This document shows, piece by piece, positions 59,033-64,000 of a stretch of 64,000 nucleotides of DNA. How positions within the stretch are numbered: the stretch's first letter is position 1; every line of letters starts with the position of its first letter. The DNA is from an uncultured Verrucomicrobiae bacterium (GTDB lineage: Bacteria; Verrucomicrobiota; Verrucomicrobiia; Chthoniobacterales; JAATET01): positions 128,001 to 192,000 of the forward strand of contig CAVRCI010000007.1 of the NCBI GenBank assembly GCA_963719495.1. The letters run 5' to 3'. The notes under the pieces are model-generated. The model searched no databases, was not told the origin of the DNA, and was given only the letters and a program-made list of their open reading frames with translations. Both the position numbers and the translations under genes were made by a program.

Positions 59033-60591
59033 AAAAATCACTCATCCGCAACCTGGCCATCGCCAGTGCTGCCCTACTCGCCGAGGGAGCCCTCGCCTCC
59101 AGTCACATGGACGCGCCGCTCATCACGCTCGATCCCGCCGCCAACACCACCGACGTCTACGCGTTCGTCGCCAACCCCGGCGGGGAAAAAAATCTCGTCC
59201 TCGCCCTCGGCGTCTACCCGCACCAGGAGCCCGGCGTCGGACCAAACAAATACAACTTCGACGACAACGTCCTGTATTCCATCAACGTCTCCCTAGGAGC
59301 CGATGTCGCCGCAGGACGCGCGACGCTTGCCTATCAATTCCGCTTCAACACGACGTTCCAGAATTCCAATACCATCCTCCAGTCCTACCTTGGAGTGATC
59401 AATACGGTCGGCGATGCGAGTCAGAATTTGATTCAGACCTACACCGTCACCCGTCGGGACTTCCGCACCGGTGCCAGCACTCTCCTTGGCTCGGGCACCG
59501 TCCCGCCGAATAACCAGGGCAACGCCACCCCGCTCTACAACGTCGGCGACGACGGCAACAACCCCGCCAAACCCGGCGTGGCGACCGTCGCCGAACTCGA
59601 CCAGTACACCACTCAATCGATTGCCACGCTCAGCGGTGGCATCTCCGCCTTCGCCGGTCAGCGCGACGACGGATTCTACGGCGACATCAACTCGATCTTC
59701 GATCTCCTCTCCCTCCGTTCCGACGGCGACACGACGGACGGGGTCGACACCGGCGTTGATTCCCAGGGTGGATTCAACATCAATCTGATGGCCCTCTCGA
59801 TTCCGGTCACGGAATTTGGCGGCGACCAACAGATCGTCAGCGTCTACGCCAACGTCTTCCGTCCCTCCGTCCGCATCGTGACCAACACCACGTTCGACCG
59901 CGATCGTGACGTCCGCGTTCGGGATCCCCGCAACAGCAATCGCCCCACGGTGCGCCGCATCAAGGTCGTGAACACCATCACCACGACGCAGACGCAGGTC
60001 CCCGTCTTGGTTCCAGTCGCCCGGCAGGGTAACCCGCTGTTCAACGAAGCCCTCGTCGCCATTGCCGACAAGGATCTCTACAGCCGCACCGACCCATCGC
60101 GCGACAACGAGCTGTTCCGCAAATACGCGATCACGCCCGAACTCGCCGCGCTCGCCAACGCGATCCTTGGCACCAACGCCGAGACCGACAACCGCACCGA
60201 CATCGCCGGAATCTTCATCCCGGACGTCATCAAGGTCGACCTCTCGACACCACCGGCCCGGCTCGCCGGAAACGGCTCCACCACCGGAGTCAATCCGGAC
60301 GACGCCGGATTCTCCCGGCTCGGAATCTTCGGCGGCGACGTGCTCACCAGCACCCAGCAATCGTTCCTTGGACCCAACCAGGCCCCCGGCGGTTGGCCGA
60401 ATGGACGCCGCTTCGGCGACGACGTCGTCGACATCGCCATCTCGGCGCTCCTCAGCGACCTGCGCTCCGATCCACCCTCGATCGCAGTCGCCGACGGCAT
60501 CGACGGCGTGAGCATGAACGACGCCACCTACAGCAAGGTCTTCCCCTACGAGTCGACCCCGTTGAACGGTCGCAATCACACGCACCCGTAG
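59029..60591 (+). CDS. DUF4331-family secreted protein
   Basis: ASSHMDAP...TDVYAF, FAGQRDDGF, GNPLFNE, GWPNGRRFGDDVVDI. Confidence 0.88.
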   Translation: MKKSLIRNLAIASAALLAEGALASSHMDAPLITLDPAANTTDVYAFVANPGGEKNLVLALGVYPHQEPGVGPNKYNFDDNVLYSINVSLGADVAAGRATLAYQFRFNTTFQNSNTILQSYLGVINTVGDASQNLIQTYTVTRRDFRTGASTLLGSGTVPPNNQGNATPLYNVGDDGNNPAKPGVATVAELDQYTTQSIATLSGGISAFAGQRDDGFYGDINSIFDLLSLRSDGDTTDGVDTGVDSQGGFNINLMALSIPVTEFGGDQQIVSVYANVFRPSVRIVTNTTFDRDRDVRVRDPRNSNRPTVRRIKVVNTITTTQTQVPVLVPVARQGNPLFNEALVAIADKDLYSRTDPSRDNELFRKYAITPELAALANAILGTNAETDNRTDIAGIFIPDVIKVDLSTPPARLAGNGSTTGVNPDDAGFSRLGIFGGDVLTSTQQSFLGPNQAPGGWPNGRRFGDDVVDIAISALLSDLRSDPPSIAVADGIDGVSMNDATYSKVFPYESTPLNGRNHTHP

Positions 60592-61002
60592 GACACTTCC
60601 CTCGCGACTCTGCGGCGGTCGGACCAGTCTCCGACCGCCGCAGCCCGCGGTGGACATGTTCCCAAAGCCAGCGCCACGCTGCCCCCCCAAAACCCGTCAT
60701 GTTGGGGACAACGACCGAGCAAGCGAGTCAAGAAGCCAGGGATGACAGCGCGGCGCCAGCCGACCCCATCTGGCATTCGGAGGGCAGCCGGAGCGAAGCG
60801 GAGACAGTCGGGATACTTCCGACAACGCTCCTGCCGAGCCGTGGCTTTCTCATTAAATTCCGAGCCACGGACGATAATGTCATGTTGATCGAAGCGAAAT
60901 ATCTCTGAAGTCTCTTCCAACCTGCGTCCAAGCAGGCCCGTCCAAAAAACTCTGGCACCGCCCACACTTGGAACCGAGCGCTCGAGAATCATCCGCCAAG
61001 CC

Positions 61003-62043
61003 GTGCCAGCCCGCAGCCTCCATCAAACCGTTCTCGCCAGCCTTCTCCTCATCGCCGTCCACGGGGGTGCCCAAGCCCACGACCCCGGCCTCAGCAGCGC
61101 CACCGTCACCATCGCGTCCGACCGCGTCACCGTCGACGCGGCCTACTCCCAGGTCGAAATCGCCGCCCTCGGCCAGCGACTCGGCCAATCCCCCGCCGAC
61201 TTCGCACCCACCGCCGTTCGCCTTCGGGTCGGGGATCGGGAGATCGATCCCACCAAAGCCATCGCGCAGTCGGACGACCAAAACAACCTCACCTTTCTGC
61301 TCACCTTCCCGGTCACGCCCACGCAGGAGTTCACCGTCGAAGCGCCGCTCATCGCCTCCCTCTCCTTCGGCCACCGCCAATTCATCACGGTTCGCGCAGC
61401 CGACGGCACCATCCTCCAGGAAAAGCTCCTCGGCGCCGACGATCCCACCATCACCATCGCGGCCTCCACCTCCGCCCCGACCCCGGCCGCCGTCGCCACC
61501 CCCGGCTTCGTTCTTCTCGGCATCGAGCACATCCTCACGGGCTTCGATCACATCCTCTTCCTCGCGGCGCTGCTCATCGTGGTCCGCACCTACGGCGACG
61601 CCCTCCGCATCATCACCTGCTTCACGATCGCCCACTCCGTCACCCTCGCCCTCGCGACCTTCAACGTCGTCGAGATCCCGAGCCACGTCGTCGAAGCCAT
61701 CATCGCGGCGTCCATCGTCTACGTTGCCATCGAAAATCTCGTCCGCCGCGGCGAGCCCCGCGGCCGCTACCTTCTCACCCTCGCCTTCGGACTCGTCCAC
61801 GGCCTGGGTTTCGCCTCCGTGCTCCGATCCCTCGGCATCGGCGAAAGCACCACCGGCGCGATCATCCCCCTAATCTCGTTCAACGTCGGCGTCGAGATCG
61901 GCCAGATCGCCATCGCCGCCGTGACGCTGCCGCTCCTCCTCCGACTCCGCCCCACGCCCCTTTGGACCCGCTGGGGCGTTCCGGCCACGTCCGTTTTTAT
62001 CGCCGCCGCCGGAGCCATCTGGCTGATCGACCGCGTGACTTGA
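61003..62043 (+). CDS. HupE/UreJ-family membrane protein
   Basis: LGIEHILTGFDHILF, FTIAHSVTL, FGLVHGLGFA, FNVGVEIGQ. Confidence 0.9.
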   Translation: MPARSLHQTVLASLLLIAVHGGAQAHDPGLSSATVTIASDRVTVDAAYSQVEIAALGQRLGQSPADFAPTAVRLRVGDREIDPTKAIAQSDDQNNLTFLLTFPVTPTQEFTVEAPLIASLSFGHRQFITVRAADGTILQEKLLGADDPTITIAASTSAPTPAAVATPGFVLLGIEHILTGFDHILFLAALLIVVRTYGDALRIITCFTIAHSVTLALATFNVVEIPSHVVEAIIAASIVYVAIENLVRRGEPRGRYLLTLAFGLVHGLGFASVLRSLGIGESTTGAIIPLISFNVGVEIGQIAIAAVTLPLLLRLRPTPLWTRWGVPATSVFIAAAGAIWLIDRVT

Positions 62044-62110
62044 TCGCTGCAACCGGGTCATCGGCTGCCAGCCGATGCACCCTTGACGCACTCCGTCGGC
62101 ACCTCGCGCC

Positions 62111-62992
62111 CTACTTCAAAATCTCGGTCCCGACCCCGGCGTTCGTAAAAATTTCCAACAGCAAACAATGCGGCACCGCCCCACCGATGAGATGCACCTT
62201 GCCGACGCCCGACCGCAAGGCACGCACCGCCGACTCGACCTTCGGAATCATCCCGCCCGCGATGATTTTTTCTCTCATCAGCAACCCCGTCTGCTCGACC
62301 GTCACGCTCGGGATCAGCGAATCCTTCCGCTCCGGATCGCGCATGATCCCGGGAACGTCGCTCACGAAAATCAGCTTCTCCGCCCGCAACTCCGTGGCCA
62401 GCGCCGCCGCCGCCACGTCGGCGTTGATGTTGAGAACCTGCCCCGAGGCATCGGCACCGATCGGCGAGATCACCGGCACCCGCTCCGCCGCGATGGCGGC
62501 CCGCACATCGTCGGCCCAAACTTTTGTCGCGGCACCCACGAACCCGATGTCGACCAGCTTACCGCGCTCCGCTTCGATCGGCTCGAGGCGCTCGGCCACG
62601 AACGTATTCTTTCCCGACAATCCCGAAGCGCTTCCGCCGTGCCGAGCGATCGTCGCAACGATTCCAGGATTGATCACCCCATCCAAAATGTCCTCGACGA
62701 TCCGCACCGAGACTTCGTCCGTCACCCTCAGGCCGTTGACGAATTCCGGCGCGACGCCCGCGTCCCGCATCTTCGCCGAGATCGCCTTGCCGCCACCGTG
62801 CACGACGACCGGATTGATCCCGACCGCCTCGAGGAAAACGACGTCCCGCAGCAATCGATCGACCTGCTGATCGTCCTCCATCGCGCTCCCACCGTATTTG
62901 ATAACGAACGTCTGACCGCGAAATCGCTGAATGTATGGCAGCGCCTCGATCAAGCTCTCCGTCCGAGCCAAAGGTGAAAGTCCATTTCTCAT
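62111..62992 (-). CDS. argB: Acetylglutamate kinase
   Basis: VIKYGGSAM, VHGGG, GLRVTD, NINAD, GGMIPKV. Confidence 0.97.
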   Translation of the reverse strand: MRNGLSPLARTESLIEALPYIQRFRGQTFVIKYGGSAMEDDQQVDRLLRDVVFLEAVGINPVVVHGGGKAISAKMRDAGVAPEFVNGLRVTDEVSVRIVEDILDGVINPGIVATIARHGGSASGLSGKNTFVAERLEPIEAERGKLVDIGFVGAATKVWADDVRAAIAAERVPVISPIGADASGQVLNINADVAAAALATELRAEKLIFVSDVPGIMRDPERKDSLIPSVTVEQTGLLMREKIIAGGMIPKVESAVRALRSGVGKVHLIGGAVPHCLLLEIFTNAGVGTEILK

Positions 62993-62995
62993 CGC

Positions 62996-64000
62996 TTATT
63001 CGCCGAGGTTGAATCGGACGTATTCTTCGGTGAGATCGGTCGTGAGCACCGAATAGGTCCCCTTACCCGCGTGCAAATTCACCGTTACCACGAACGACTT
63101 CTTCGCCGCGACCTTCGTCAACCTGGCCGCGGCCGTCTTCGCGGGCATCCCGCCCCGCACCGCCGCCACCTTGTCGTAATCGATGTCCGCCAAATCCGGA
63201 TCGAACTTCGCGCCGGAATAACCCACCGCGTCCAGAATCCGGCCCCAATTCGGATCCCCGCCAGCCCACGCACACTTGACCAGCTGCGAGTTGGCCACCG
63301 CTTCGGCCGCCCGCCGCGCGTCCGCCGTCGATTTCGCGCCCGCGACGACCACCTCGACGAAACGGCTCACGCCCTCGCCATCCAGGACGATCTTCGTCGC
63401 CAGATCCAGCGCCACCGCGTCCAACGCCGCCCGCACCGCCCCGCCCTCGACCCGTCCCGCGACCCCGCTAGCCAGCAGGACCACCGTGTCGTTTGTGCTC
63501 ATGTCGCCGTCGATCGTGATCCGATTGAAGGACCGCTCCACGGCGCCCTTGAGCATCCGCTTCGCCTCCGCCTTCGTCAGTTTCGCGTCCGTCGTGATCA
63601 CACTCAGCATCGTCGCCATGTTCGGGTCGATCATCCCGGCACCCTTCGCCATTCCCCCAACGCGGAATCTCCCACCGCCCCCGTCCGTCACCTCGAGCGC
63701 AAACTCCTTCGGCACGCTGTCGCTCGTCATGATGGCGACCGCCGCATCTCCGCCGGACCGGTCGTCCATCGCCTCGACCAACCCCGGGATCGCCGCCCGG
63801 ATTTTCTTGATCGGCAACGGCACCCCGATCCGCCCCGTCGAACAAACGAGCACGTCCTCCGGCCGGATCCCCATCGCCACAGCCGCCTCCGTCGCCATCG
63901 CCCGGGCGTCCGCCACTCCGTCCGTTCCCGTGCAGGCGTTCGCGTTTCCGCTGTTGAGAATCACCGCCCGCCCCCTGCCCGAGGCCACGTGCTCCTTCGA
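62996..64000 (-). CDS. argJ: Bifunctional ornithine acetyltransferase/N-acetylglutamate synthase (5' end outside the window)
   Basis: NSGNANACTG, STGRIG, KGAGMIDPNMATML, DGDMSTND, DPNWGR. Confidence 0.97.
   Translation of the reverse strand, partial: SKEHVASGRGRAVILNSGNANACTGTDGVADARAMATEAAVAMGIRPEDVLVCSTGRIGVPLPIKKIRAAIPGLVEAMDDRSGGDAAVAIMTSDSVPKEFALEVTDGGGGRFRVGGMAKGAGMIDPNMATMLSVITTDAKLTKAEAKRMLKGAVERSFNRITIDGDMSTNDTVVLLASGVAGRVEGGAVRAALDAVALDLATKIVLDGEGVSRFVEVVVAGAKSTADARRAAEAVANSQLVKCAWAGGDPNWGRILDAVGYSGAKFDPDLADIDYDKVAAVRGGMPAKTAAARLTKVAAKKSFVVTVNLHAGKGTYSVLTTDLTEEYVRFNLGE

Noticed and set aside
60592..61002. ORFs or an ncRNA between DUF4331 and HupE/UreJ
   Set aside because: Explained by clustered palindromic repeats; no recognisable RNA family

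Overview
A high-GC bacterial chromosome segment, most likely Verrucomicrobiota/PVC, inferred from a PEP-CTERM protein, two H-X9-DG pseudopilin-like proteins and a tandem Deg-type protease pair. Housekeeping genes include yggS, mtnP, metX, metY, gluQ, pxpBCA, mnmA, cutA, trpC, ruvB, frr, pyrH, mobA, argB and argJ. Four accessory blocks stand out. (1) 1-12.9 kb: two divergent putative exopolysaccharide operons. The leftward one encodes a cNMP-binding pseudo-kinase, a pseudo-receiver, a BcsB-like protein, a GT2 synthase and a membrane protein. The rightward one encodes a beta-barrel, a beta-helix enzyme interrupted by an in-frame TAG, an Alg44-like PilZ protein and an Alg8-like synthase. (2) 27.0-32.85 kb: an islet bounded by a degenerate ~100-bp duplicate of the ggt 3' end, carrying a 21-bp-period array and two secreted repeat proteins. 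(3) 32.75-45.6 kb: a putative sigma-54 regulon (two GGTs, pseudopilin, activator, secreted enolase-family enzyme, dehydrogenase, PEP-CTERM protein, NhaC-type transporter) abutting 5-oxoprolinase, a candidate gamma-glutamyl polymer utilisation locus. (4) 57.6-62 kb: TPR-DUF4331-HupE/UreJ. Three unrelated secreted proteins share a highly basic C-terminal domain. Intergenic DNA is rich in REP-like palindromes and 7/9-nt repeats. I saw no rRNA, tRNA, CRISPR array or transposase. All family calls come from motif recognition by eye, not from database searches.
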